Source: an uncultured Bacilli bacterium (GTDB lineage Bacteria > Bacillota_I > Bacilli_A > RFN20 > CAG-826). From it: a stretch of 64,000 bases of DNA. Location of the stretch: assembly GCA_944363565.1 (NCBI GenBank), contig CALVUI010000001.1, forward strand, positions 494,350-558,349. The letters are read 5' to 3'. The translations under genes and the position numbers were made by a program. This document shows positions 17,946-26,506 of this stretch, piece by piece. The notes under the pieces are model-generated. The model was not told the DNA's origin, searched no databases, and saw only the letters and a program-made list of their open reading frames with translations. Position 1 is the first letter of the stretch. Each line of letters opens with the position of its first letter.

Positions 17946-18968
17946 GTGGAAAATTCAGGAAAATTACTTTCAGTCATAACCGTTTTCAACAAAGAAGCCA
18001 AAAAATTTTACGAATTTTCGAGGCTTAATCTGATTTTTGGATACGCAGGATCTGGAAAATCAACCTTTTTATCGCTCCTCTCCTCCATTTTTACCGGCAA
18101 GGACAAACATCACTTGGTCAACGGTACACAGACGGTGGCTAAAGACTTCAACGTCATATATTTGGGAACCGACGATGGGATATCGAATCACCTGAAGCTT
18201 AGTTCCAAAAGCCTATTGAGAAGAATCATCGCGGAAAGCAAATATTCGGACTCGTTTGATCAATCGTGTGAACAAATGTTTAAGGGGATGAACCAAGCCC
18301 AAGAAGAAATTGAGGGCAGGATAAAGGAAATTCTTCCTGGAAGCACGGTCAAGATAACGGATTCTGGGCACCCCTTAGATTTTCTAATCGACAACATGAC
18401 CATAGAAATAGAAGGGGATTCGTCAAGCGAAGAAAAGAAAAAGCTTTTCGGTTTGATTCGCTCCCTTTCCTCCAACACGGCCATCAAGACCATCGTTTTG
18501 ATTGACGATTTCAACGATGACTTCGATGAGGAAACGACATTGAAATTCTTGGAGGAAATAGACAAAAGCAATGCATACTTCTTTTTGACGACAAAACGTT
18601 CCACTCCCCAAACATATCTCGAGGAAGGCGTAAAAATCTTCGCCATGAGGGAATTCGAAGCAATACCACTCCCCGATATCAAGACCTTGCTTCTGAATTC
18701 TTTGGTGGAAAACCAGGAATACAAAACGTTTGAGGAATACATAACCGGCAAGGGGTACGTCGAAAACTCCGGTTTGGCCGAAATGTTCCTGCATTACATA
18801 CAGGGTGACGAAAAAACCAACCTGCTAAGAATCCTGACCGCCAAATCGCCGGTTCTGGCACACGAAAACATACCGGGGAAAGTTACGATTGTGCCAATCA
18901 GCACAGAGGAAGAAAGATTATACAAATCCGTCTTCGAAAGCCTCGGCATACCACTAGATCAAAATTAG
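17946..18968 (+). CDS. ABC/AAA_15-like P-loop ATPase with ~120-aa C-terminal domain, in the csn2 position but on the opposite strand
   Basis: 340-aa ORF with GTG start. Walker A GYAGSGKST. Signature-like GDSSSEEKKKL. Walker B/D-loop IVLIDDFNDDFDEE. Shares the AT-rich codon usage of the cas genes. Its 3' end overlaps the cas2 3' end by 15 nt (convergent). Confidence 0.8.
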   Translation: MENSGKLLSVITVFNKEAKKFYEFSRLNLIFGYAGSGKSTFLSLLSSIFTGKDKHHLVNGTQTVAKDFNVIYLGTDDGISNHLKLSSKSLLRRIIAESKYSDSFDQSCEQMFKGMNQAQEEIEGRIKEILPGSTVKITDSGHPLDFLIDNMTIEIEGDSSSEEKKKLFGLIRSLSSNTAIKTIVLIDDFNDDFDEETTLKFLEEIDKSNAYFFLTTKRSTPQTYLEEGVKIFAMREFEAIPLPDIKTLLLNSLVENQEYKTFEEYITGKGYVENSGLAEMFLHYIQGDEKTNLLRILTAKSPVLAHENIPGKVTIVPISTEEERLYKSVFESLGIPLDQN

Positions 18969-19292
18969 CTGTTCTGCTGTTTCCTTTACTTCCTGCTCGG
19001 TTTTTTCTCCGGCGACAAGCACCATGCTTTCAAATTGGTTTTCCGTCACTTTCAAAATCCTAACGTTGCCGCTTTTCACCGAATAGGACTGAATCCTTCG
19101 CATGTGCTTGGCGGCATCGGTGTCGTTGTTGCAAAAACGGGTATAAACCGAGTATTGGAGCATCATGAAACCGGAATCCATGATGAACTTGCGGAATTTG
19201 GTGTATTCGCGCCTTTGGGCTGCCGTTTCCACCGGCATATCGAAGAGAACGAAGAGCCTCATGTTCCTGTAAGATGGTCCTTCAAAAGACAT
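18954..19292 (-). CDS. cas2: CRISPR-associated endoribonuclease Cas2 (type II)
   Basis: 112 aa. SYRNMRLFVLFDMPVETAAQRREYTKFRKFIMDSGFMMLQYSVY matches the type II Cas2 pattern. Overlaps the cas1 stop. Confidence 0.92.
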   Translation of the reverse strand: MSFEGPSYRNMRLFVLFDMPVETAAQRREYTKFRKFIMDSGFMMLQYSVYTRFCNNDTDAAKHMRRIQSYSVKSGNVRILKVTENQFESMVLVAGEKTEQEVKETAEQLILI

Positions 19293-20199
19293 CGGCTTTA
19301 TCGTTGGGGTAAAACTGGGGCGTTTTCACGACTTTAATATCCCCGGTTCGCATATATTCGACGTAATCGTTCACGAGCATGGATATGGCGTAAGAAATCT
19401 GAAATTTCTTTCCGTCTACCAAGACGTTGTAATTTAGGAGATTGACCATTCCCCTCCTCAATTCGCCGCTTAGGGGGATTTCTATTCCGGCCAGGTTATT
19501 GTAGACGTAGTAGTCTACGACCTGACGGAACGGCTCGACCAAATCGCATGAGAGATTGTTGGCGTTTTTCATGTTGGCGTGCCAGATGCCGAGGCAATCG
19601 TTAAGACCATTGAAGGCAACGCTGCGAATGACGGCACCCGTCAAAACCATGTAGCCGTAATTCAGCGCGGATGAAACCGGCGAGCTGCCGAAACGGATGA
19701 AATCGGGACCGAATAAGCATCGGAAATATTCCCTGGCCGCCTGACCTTCCATGTTTTTCTCGTCACCGAATTTGACTTCTCCCCGATAGGATTTCAAGCG
19801 ATCATAAACGGTAGGATCGTTCACCGTGTTTTCTATTACCGCCATTTGGTTGGCGATTTTTTGACGGATGATGATTTCCCAAACCTTGTTTTTCTTGCTG
19901 GGGAGCATCTTGATTTGACGATCCAACATTTCCGATTGCAAATAATGGCCGTTTATCGGTGCCACGACGGAGGCAGGAACGTAGTCGGAACCGCAGAAGA
20001 CGATGGAAGCTCCGTATTTTCTAAGTTCGCACAATAGACGTGCGGTGACAATGGAATTGGGATCCTCGACGAAAATCAAATCCAAGTCTTCCAGCGGAAA
20101 ACTCAGTGGCCGTTCGGAGTCATCCTTCTTGATTATGACGTTGTTGTCGCAAAGAGAAAGTTTGGCAGCGGACTGGACATAAAGCTGTCGAAATCCCAT
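19282..20199 (-). CDS. cas1: CRISPR-associated endonuclease Cas1 (type II)
   Basis: 305 aa with type II Cas1-like sequence (MGFRQLYVQSAAKLSL...). Lies directly after cas9 (1-nt gap). Confidence 0.92.
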   Translation of the reverse strand: MGFRQLYVQSAAKLSLCDNNVIIKKDDSERPLSFPLEDLDLIFVEDPNSIVTARLLCELRKYGASIVFCGSDYVPASVVAPINGHYLQSEMLDRQIKMLPSKKNKVWEIIIRQKIANQMAVIENTVNDPTVYDRLKSYRGEVKFGDEKNMEGQAAREYFRCLFGPDFIRFGSSPVSSALNYGYMVLTGAVIRSVAFNGLNDCLGIWHANMKNANNLSCDLVEPFRQVVDYYVYNNLAGIEIPLSGELRRGMVNLLNYNVLVDGKKFQISYAISMLVNDYVEYMRTGDIKVVKTPQFYPNDKADVF

Positions 20200-20200
20200 C

Positions 20201-23200
20201 TCAACTTATCTTTCCGAGAACGGAAATAGATTTGACTTTAATTTTCTTGATTTGAGAAATTGTCAACAAAAATCTATCGCCATTGAATTCCAAGTCGTAT
20301 CCATCGCCGAGGGGAGAATAGATTTCAAACAGTCCTTTGGACAACCCTCCGCTATAACAAATAAAATTAATCGGAGATTTCCCGCGAGGCAAGTAGTCAA
20401 GTTCCAAAAGTGAATACCTCGGTATTCTATAAAGCAATTTATAGCCATTTTCGAGCGAATCCGAGTTAATTTGGCAGTTTTGATCGTCTCTACCCCAAAA
20501 CAAAGTATACAAAATTTCAGATTTGTTCTTCGATTGTCGGGACTGTTTATTCTTCAAAATCTGCCAGTAATAGATAGGCACAAAATAATAGATATCACCT
20601 CCATCGCGTTTTTGATAAACGTCAACCCGAATAACCTCGTCATTTTCGGCATATTTCCCATCCGACAAATCGACTTTGTCCTTTGCGATTCCCTCAACAA
20701 TCCTAATATATTTTACGGGTGTCCCCATGTTTTTCCCGATAACGGGATATTCACCCCGATTACTCTCCTCTTTCTCTAGCCATTTTTTACAAGCTTCATA
20801 AATCGCTTTGCTGCCAGATTCGCGATGCTCGATCTTTTCAAGTTTATCAAAATTCAATTTTTTTACAGAAATTTTGTGAACCGTTTGACCGCAGTCGTTA
20901 ACACCCAATATCGTTTCTTTTGAAATCGGCCCACTAACGTTGGTTTTTGGAGAACGCGCGGGGATCAAAACGTGCACCGTCTTGTCAGTGGCTGGCTCGT
21001 CCTTGTAATTAGAAAGGGCATTCAATTTTGAAATTAGGGTTTGTTTATCCCTTTCATATACACGAATCAGGACCTCTTCCCTAAAGTTGCGATATGGGAA
21101 ACGAATTTCCCCGTTTTCATCGTATTCAGGTGAACACTCCTCGTGTTTCTGATAAGCCTTGGTTATACGTTGAATAAGGCGAGGATTGGAACAGGCTATG
21201 ACAGCAGCATCGAGAGCGTGGTGCAAATGGTTAGAGCGATCCTTCTCGTTGCTATCTTTTTGAATTTTCCTCCTTAGACAGGAGAGAATATAAATGCCGC
21301 ATTCGCGCCTTTCCGAATCGTTAGGGTTATTTGATTGCGCGGAAATGGCTTCTTGCAACTCATCGACACCGGTCGCAATGCCTTTCAAATCATTGAATTT
21401 TTCGTAGAAATAAGGATAAAACTCATCGCTAAGAAATAATTTAAGCATTTTATTGTGCAAAAATTTCTTTTCGTCGTCCTTTGATCCTTCCTTATTAATG
21501 GAATGGGGTTCAACTTTAAATGGTAATGGTTCCTTGGCGTTATCAAATTTATACTTGAATACGAGGCTTTTTTTGTTGTTCTCTTTTTCCATCCCTTGGT
21601 AAACATATTTGCTCATGGGCTTGGCTTTATAGTCATCGTATGCAAGATAGGAATGGGTATGGCCGCTCAGACCCCAAATGTCGCGGAGTTTTGCGGTTAT
21701 GCCACCGGAAACGCTACGGCATTGGACGCCTTTCGGCAAAACGTAATAAGTAATGAGCTGACGAGCGAGACGGGCGATGTAAGCATTATCAGTACTGTCC
21801 TTGTTGAGGAAGTCATCGGATATTTTGGTGGCTAGCAACTTCCGTCTTTTGCCAGGTTCGATGGCGTGCGAATTAAGATAGGCATATAGAGGAGCGCTCT
21901 TTTCTTCGGTATTCAGCCATTCCAGAGGTGTACGATTTCGTTTTTCCTGGTTGCATCTCGCTTCCACAAGCACTTTGTTTGAAATCGAATCGTCGAAAGA
22001 ACGAGAATATGGCAGAATATGGTCGATTTCATACCATCCGTCATCGAACAAATAGCTCGCTTTTATTGACTCATTGGTATAGGGGCTCACTCCCCGCTGT
22101 TCACAATACAGGCGATATTTCAGTAAACTGTTTTTCTGCCGTGAAATATTCCCATACGATTTAAACAAACCGGGGTATTTTTCAATCATTTCGTTACGAT
22201 ACCTATCGTTGTTCGAAAGATTGTCGAGCTGCTCCCCTTGAAGCTTCAATCTATCATTGGAGTTCTTTTTTATTTCTCTTCCGAGTTCGATTGCACAATC
22301 ATCGAAAAACCCATACCGGTCGATAATGGCATTTATTATCCTTCTCATCCTAACAAGAGTGTTGCGAACCACGGGATTAGTGAGAGTTTGCTTTGTTTCT
22401 TGGAGACATACATCAAGTTCGGGCATCCGCATTTGATCATTGTTCTGACGAAGACTGGTATGGCTATAGCCAATGTTGGCCATCGCTTTGTCATAGGTAA
22501 ATCCTTTTCTCATTTCTGGTATTAATTTCTTGCAAAGTCCCAGAGAAAGATCGATCGTTCCGCTAACATTTACGTCAAAATCCAAAACGTCGCTGATTTC
22601 TGTTTCGGAAAGATTAAGAGCCCTGAGTTTCGATTTGACTTCAATTTCAAGCGGCTGGTCTTTCTTATCCTTTTCTTCATCTTCCAAATGGAGACAATTA
22701 CGTAATGTGTCATCAGTTTTGTAAAGCCCGAACGCACTTATCAATGCATCAATGCAATCGTCCCCGGCATTTTTAAATCGTTCTTTTTTTCCGATAAGCG
22801 ACAATGCATCAGAACCTTTATAAAAATAGGATTTCCCTAAGGTTTTTCTTTTGTGAAATTTGTAAAAGTCGCCAAGTTTATCGCTCGGAATCTGCATCGT
22901 TTCAATGCCGTTCTCTTCACAAAAAGTCTTGAGGGACTCGTCAAATTTCTTTTTGCCTACGTGAAGGCCTTTAACATCCAAAATCTTATCGGGGTCGATA
23001 CCTACTTTTTTCAGCAATTGTTCATATGTAATCGTCTTCGCGAATAGGCATCCTTTTTCGGCTTTTTCGATTTGCTCGGGAGTCAAACGGGAATATTCCT
23101 TTTGCTCTGGGCTAGTTTTGTAGGAAAAGTTGTTTAAGGCCGAAAGTAAGACAAACCTCTTTGCGGTTATCGTATCCTTAAAAGCCCTAGGTTTTTCGTC

Positions 23201-24010
23201 GAAAATACATTTTCCGATTTTGTCGACAGGCTTGACGTAATAAGGCGAGCCTTCAGCCGGACCATAAGAACAATCGCGCTGTCTAGACCAAAGATCCATA
23301 AAGTCAGCGATGAACTCATCACTGACAAGACCGAATTCCTTTTGTTTATCCAAAAGAGCGCGAATTTCCGGCTCGTACCACTCTCTCCTAACTGTGAGAT
23401 AGAAATGATCAGGATCGTTATGAATTTTCGCACCGATTCCGTTTTTGGAGCGTTCGGCAAAATCTTTCAGCAAGCACACAGTAGGATAAAAAGGCTTTCC
23501 TTCCTGATAATGCTTATTTTTAAAGGCTTCCATAATGGGGAGCAACTTTTTATCGTCGTTATTCTTTGGTTTCTCGCTCTTTCGGTTGCTCTTAAAACCT
23601 CTGAACTTTAAATAATGGTAAAGAGCGATGCAAAGTTCTTCTTTGGTCAAAAGTTCTGTCAACCCCTTCACCTTCAATTGAAACGGGGTGGTAGGCGTAC
23701 CATCTTCGTTAAAAGAAACGGGTAATTTGGCAATGACATCATTGAAGAAATCTAATCCGAAGTATTTTGCAAAGAGATTCCTCCCTTCTTCCAAGCGGGT
23801 TACTCTGCGCCTTCTTTGACGGCGCATGAGACGTTTCTGCCGTCTAACTATATTTTCAGTCTTCCCTTTGTTATCTTCGATTTGGTCGAAAACGTATGAT
23901 CCCAAATCTATTATCTTTTTAGGATTGCCATCTTCGTCATCTTCGAACAAGCACCAGCCGATGCTCGCGATTCCAAGGTCCAAACCTAATGTCTTTTTGC
24001 CCATTGTCAT
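20201..24010 (-). CDS. cas9: Cas9 (1269 aa)
   Basis: RuvC-I LGLDLGIASIGW. Arg-rich bridge helix RRQKRLMRRQRRRR. HNH YEIDHILPYSRSFDDSISNKVLV...CNQEKRNRTP. RuvC-III NHLHHALDAAVIA. RBS AGGAGGA upstream. AT-rich codon usage compared with flanking DNA. Confidence 0.97.
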   Translation of the reverse strand: MTMGKKTLGLDLGIASIGWCLFEDDEDGNPKKIIDLGSYVFDQIEDNKGKTENIVRRQKRLMRRQRRRRVTRLEEGRNLFAKYFGLDFFNDVIAKLPVSFNEDGTPTTPFQLKVKGLTELLTKEELCIALYHYLKFRGFKSNRKSEKPKNNDDKKLLPIMEAFKNKHYQEGKPFYPTVCLLKDFAERSKNGIGAKIHNDPDHFYLTVRREWYEPEIRALLDKQKEFGLVSDEFIADFMDLWSRQRDCSYGPAEGSPYYVKPVDKIGKCIFDEKPRAFKDTITAKRFVLLSALNNFSYKTSPEQKEYSRLTPEQIEKAEKGCLFAKTITYEQLLKKVGIDPDKILDVKGLHVGKKKFDESLKTFCEENGIETMQIPSDKLGDFYKFHKRKTLGKSYFYKGSDALSLIGKKERFKNAGDDCIDALISAFGLYKTDDTLRNCLHLEDEEKDKKDQPLEIEVKSKLRALNLSETEISDVLDFDVNVSGTIDLSLGLCKKLIPEMRKGFTYDKAMANIGYSHTSLRQNNDQMRMPELDVCLQETKQTLTNPVVRNTLVRMRRIINAIIDRYGFFDDCAIELGREIKKNSNDRLKLQGEQLDNLSNNDRYRNEMIEKYPGLFKSYGNISRQKNSLLKYRLYCEQRGVSPYTNESIKASYLFDDGWYEIDHILPYSRSFDDSISNKVLVEARCNQEKRNRTPLEWLNTEEKSAPLYAYLNSHAIEPGKRRKLLATKISDDFLNKDSTDNAYIARLARQLITYYVLPKGVQCRSVSGGITAKLRDIWGLSGHTHSYLAYDDYKAKPMSKYVYQGMEKENNKKSLVFKYKFDNAKEPLPFKVEPHSINKEGSKDDEKKFLHNKMLKLFLSDEFYPYFYEKFNDLKGIATGVDELQEAISAQSNNPNDSERRECGIYILSCLRRKIQKDSNEKDRSNHLHHALDAAVIACSNPRLIQRITKAYQKHEECSPEYDENGEIRFPYRNFREEVLIRVYERDKQTLISKLNALSNYKDEPATDKTVHVLIPARSPKTNVSGPISKETILGVNDCGQTVHKISVKKLNFDKLEKIEHRESGSKAIYEACKKWLEKEESNRGEYPVIGKNMGTPVKYIRIVEGIAKDKVDLSDGKYAENDEVIRVDVYQKRDGGDIYYFVPIYYWQILKNKQSRQSKNKSEILYTLFWGRDDQNCQINSDSLENGYKLLYRIPRYSLLELDYLPRGKSPINFICYSGGLSKGLFEIYSPLGDGYDLEFNGDRFLLTISQIKKIKVKSISVLGKIS

Positions 24011-24032
24011 TCCTCCTAGACAGTGCTATCTT
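24004..24032 (+). promoter_or_regulatory. Candidate tracrRNA promoter overlapping the cas9 start codon
   Basis: TTGTCA (24004-24009), 17-nt spacer, TATCTT (24027-24032). The predicted start is near 24039. Confidence 0.35.
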
Positions 24033-24038
24033 AACATT

Positions 24039-24132
24039 GCTCTCAGTGAGAGCGATTAGCAGAACCGAGCTTAGCAGGACTCGGGATTAACCCCGTGAGG
24101 GGTAAGAAAGTGGGGCCTAGCCCCCTTTTTTT
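24039..24132 (+). ncRNA. tracrRNA (divergent from cas9)
   Basis: The anti-repeat 24054-24088 (GATTAGCAGAACCGAGCTTAGCAGGACTCGGGATT) pairs with the minus-strand repeat as 13+8+8 bp helices with bulges. It is followed by hairpin CCCC-GTGA-GGGG (24091-24102) and terminator GGGGC..GCCCC plus T7 (24112-24132). The 5' end is inferred. Confidence 0.85.
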
Positions 24133-24312
24133 GTTGAGTCCCCATCCGGCAATGCTTCATATAAATAAGGATATAGGAGACAAGTTCCCTTTTAAACAGA
24201 CATCAAGGGATATAAGGCCACTCAACAATCCTTGTCCCAAAAAGCGTACACCTTACCCTTAACCGTCAGTTTTTTGTTTCTCGCCGGATCGGGCGGTGAT
24301 ATCTTCTCTGAT

Positions 24313-24633
24313 ATGGACGCCAAAACGAAAGAAAGAATCCGCCGCTTCAGCATCGACCGGGACTATGACCAGTTCCACTGCCCCGCCAACCTCGCCAAGT
24401 CGATTGCCATCGAAGCGGCCGAACTTTTGGAATGCTTCCAGTGGGACGATGCCCACTACGACGTGGAAGCCGTGAAGGAAGAACTAGCGGACGTCTTGGT
24501 CTATGCCCAGAACCTCATCGAGAAGCTCGGCCTTGATGAGGACGAGATAATCAACGCCAAGATGGACAAGAACGAAGCCAAGTATCCGGTTGCGAAAGCC
24601 AAGGGGCGTTCGACCAAGTACGACAAGCTATGA
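24313..24633 (+). CDS. MazG-like all-alpha nucleoside triphosphate pyrophosphohydrolase
   Basis: Start trimmed to ATG 24313 (MDAKTKERI). Motifs AIEAAELLECFQW and ELADVLVYAQNL (EExxE / ExxD type). The stop overlaps the next start (ATGA). Confidence 0.8.
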   Translation: MDAKTKERIRRFSIDRDYDQFHCPANLAKSIAIEAAELLECFQWDDAHYDVEAVKEELADVLVYAQNLIEKLGLDEDEIINAKMDKNEAKYPVAKAKGRSTKYDKL

Positions 24634-26498
24634 TCATCTATTCCGGTACCCTGGGGCAATTCGACAAGGAAGTGATGGAGGGTGGCATCGCCGACCTCAT
24701 CGAACAGTGCCTCATTGCCCATGGGCTCGGGGGCAAGGGCGAAGCGGAATACCGTAGCTGGAACAACTCCTTGCGCTGCATCCGCGATGCCCTCACATAC
24801 GAAAACAAAATAGACCGCCGCCTCAGGGTGGCCGTGGAATTCCAAATCCCCCAAACCTCCAAGAGGGTCGACTTCATCGTCTCGGGCCTCGGGAAGGACG
24901 TCAAGACGAAAAACGCCGTCATCGTCGAACTCAAGCAATGGGACCATGTCGAAGCTACCGACATGGAAAACGTCGTCGAAACCTTCGTCGGCGGGGCCAA
25001 CCGCCACATGGCCCATCCCTCGTACCAAGCCTATTCCTATTGCCAAACCATCAAGGCCTTCAACCTCGATGCCGAGGACATCGAGCTTTCGCCGTGCGCC
25101 TATCTCCACAACCTCCAACCGCGGGAAGCCGCGGGCATTTGGAATCCGATGTACCGCCAAATCCTCGACCTTTCCCCCTCCTTCATCGCCAACCAGGCCA
25201 TCGGCCTCCGCGATTTCATAAGGAGCAAGATATGGTTCCCCGACCAAGGGGAAACTATCAAGGCCATCGACTCCGGCCGCATCGGACCGACCAAGTCCTT
25301 GCAGGAGGCCATCGGGGAAATGATTGAAGGGAACTCGGCCTTTTGCTTGCTCGATGAACAGAAGGTCGCCTACGAGACGATCCTAGACTACGTCGAAAGA
25401 GCCAAAGGGAAGTCCACCATCATCGTCGAAGGAGGCCCGGGGACCGGGAAGTCGGTCATCGCCATCAACCTCTTGGCCCGCTTGACAAGGGAAGGGAAGA
25501 CCACGGCCTATGTTTCCAAAAACGCCGCCCCGCGGAGCGTCTACGCCAAGGAACTTTCCAAAGGCCACTACACCAAGGGTTACGTCAATACCCTCTTCAA
25601 GGGTTCGGGCTCCTTCGTCGATTGCTATGAAAATGCCTATTCCGTTCTCTTGGTCGACGAGGCCCACCGCCTCGGCCTCAAAAGCGGCCTCTTCCAAAAC
25701 AAAGGCGAGAACCAGATGCGGGAAATAATCCACGCTTCCCGGGTTTCCGTCTTCTTCATCGACGAAAGGCAACGCATCAGCAGTAAGGACTACGGCTCGA
25801 TTGCCGCCATCGAAGAGGCGGCGGCCAAGGAAAATAGCCATATAGTCAAGGGCGATGACCTCAAGCTCCTAAGCCAGTTCCGCTGCAACGGTTCCGATGC
25901 CTACCTTTCCTTCGTCGATTCCTTCCTAGACGGCAAGAATGCCATACCCGAGGACCTCGACTTCGATTTCCGCCTTTATACGGATCCGTGCCGGATGCGG
26001 AAGGACCTCCGTCTCCTCAACGAGGCAGACAACCGTTCGCGGATGCTTTCGGGCTACACGTTCGACTGGATTAGCAAGGCGGGAGGGCGCAACGCTCCTT
26101 ACGACATAGTGTTGTCCGGCGGCTTCAAGGCCCGCTGGAACCTCGGTTCCACCCAAACCTGGGCCATCGACCCCGATTCCTTCGAGGAAGTGGGGTGCAT
26201 CCATACGAGCCAAGGGCTGGAATTTTCTTATGTCGGAGTCATCATCGGCCTCGACATGCATATGGACGAAGGAAAGCTGGTCTATGACCCGAAGAAGAGG
26301 GCTAAGACCGACCAATCGCTCAGGGGAATCGCCAGCCACGGAGGGGAAGCGGCCGCGATGGGCATCATCCGCAACACCTACCGCACCCTTTTGACTAGGG
26401 GGCAAAAAGGATGCTTCGTCTATATCCAAGACCCGGCGCTCCGGGAAAAATTAAAGTCCGCGCTCATCCGAAGCGGCCATACCGATAGGATATTCTAA
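24630..26498 (+). CDS. DUF2075-like SF1 helicase with N-terminal PD-(D/E)xK-like nuclease domain
   Basis: 622 aa. N-terminal RVDFIVSG...AVIVELKQW (D...ExK). Walker A EGGPGTGKS. Walker B LLVDEAHRL. C-terminal HTSQGLEFSYVGVIIG helicase motif. Confidence 0.85.
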   Translation: MIIYSGTLGQFDKEVMEGGIADLIEQCLIAHGLGGKGEAEYRSWNNSLRCIRDALTYENKIDRRLRVAVEFQIPQTSKRVDFIVSGLGKDVKTKNAVIVELKQWDHVEATDMENVVETFVGGANRHMAHPSYQAYSYCQTIKAFNLDAEDIELSPCAYLHNLQPREAAGIWNPMYRQILDLSPSFIANQAIGLRDFIRSKIWFPDQGETIKAIDSGRIGPTKSLQEAIGEMIEGNSAFCLLDEQKVAYETILDYVERAKGKSTIIVEGGPGTGKSVIAINLLARLTREGKTTAYVSKNAAPRSVYAKELSKGHYTKGYVNTLFKGSGSFVDCYENAYSVLLVDEAHRLGLKSGLFQNKGENQMREIIHASRVSVFFIDERQRISSKDYGSIAAIEEAAAKENSHIVKGDDLKLLSQFRCNGSDAYLSFVDSFLDGKNAIPEDLDFDFRLYTDPCRMRKDLRLLNEADNRSRMLSGYTFDWISKAGGRNAPYDIVLSGGFKARWNLGSTQTWAIDPDSFEEVGCIHTSQGLEFSYVGVIIGLDMHMDEGKLVYDPKKRAKTDQSLRGIASHGGEAAAMGIIRNTYRTLLTRGQKGCFVYIQDPALREKLKSALIRSGHTDRIF

Positions 26499-26506
26499 GG
26501 AAGGAT

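Noticed and set aside
17946-18968. Calling the 340-aa gene canonical csn2
   Set aside because: It is on the opposite strand from cas9-cas1-cas2. It retains intact Walker A/B motifs. I see no direct sequence resemblance to the Csn2 sequences I remember. It is kept as an unclassified ATPase.
24501-26429. Minus-strand ORFs 24501..25247, 25383..25841 and 25926..26429, and the alternative plus frames over the DUF2075-like gene
   Set aside because: They have antisense/alternate-frame composition. The 622-aa plus ORF has complete helicase motifs.
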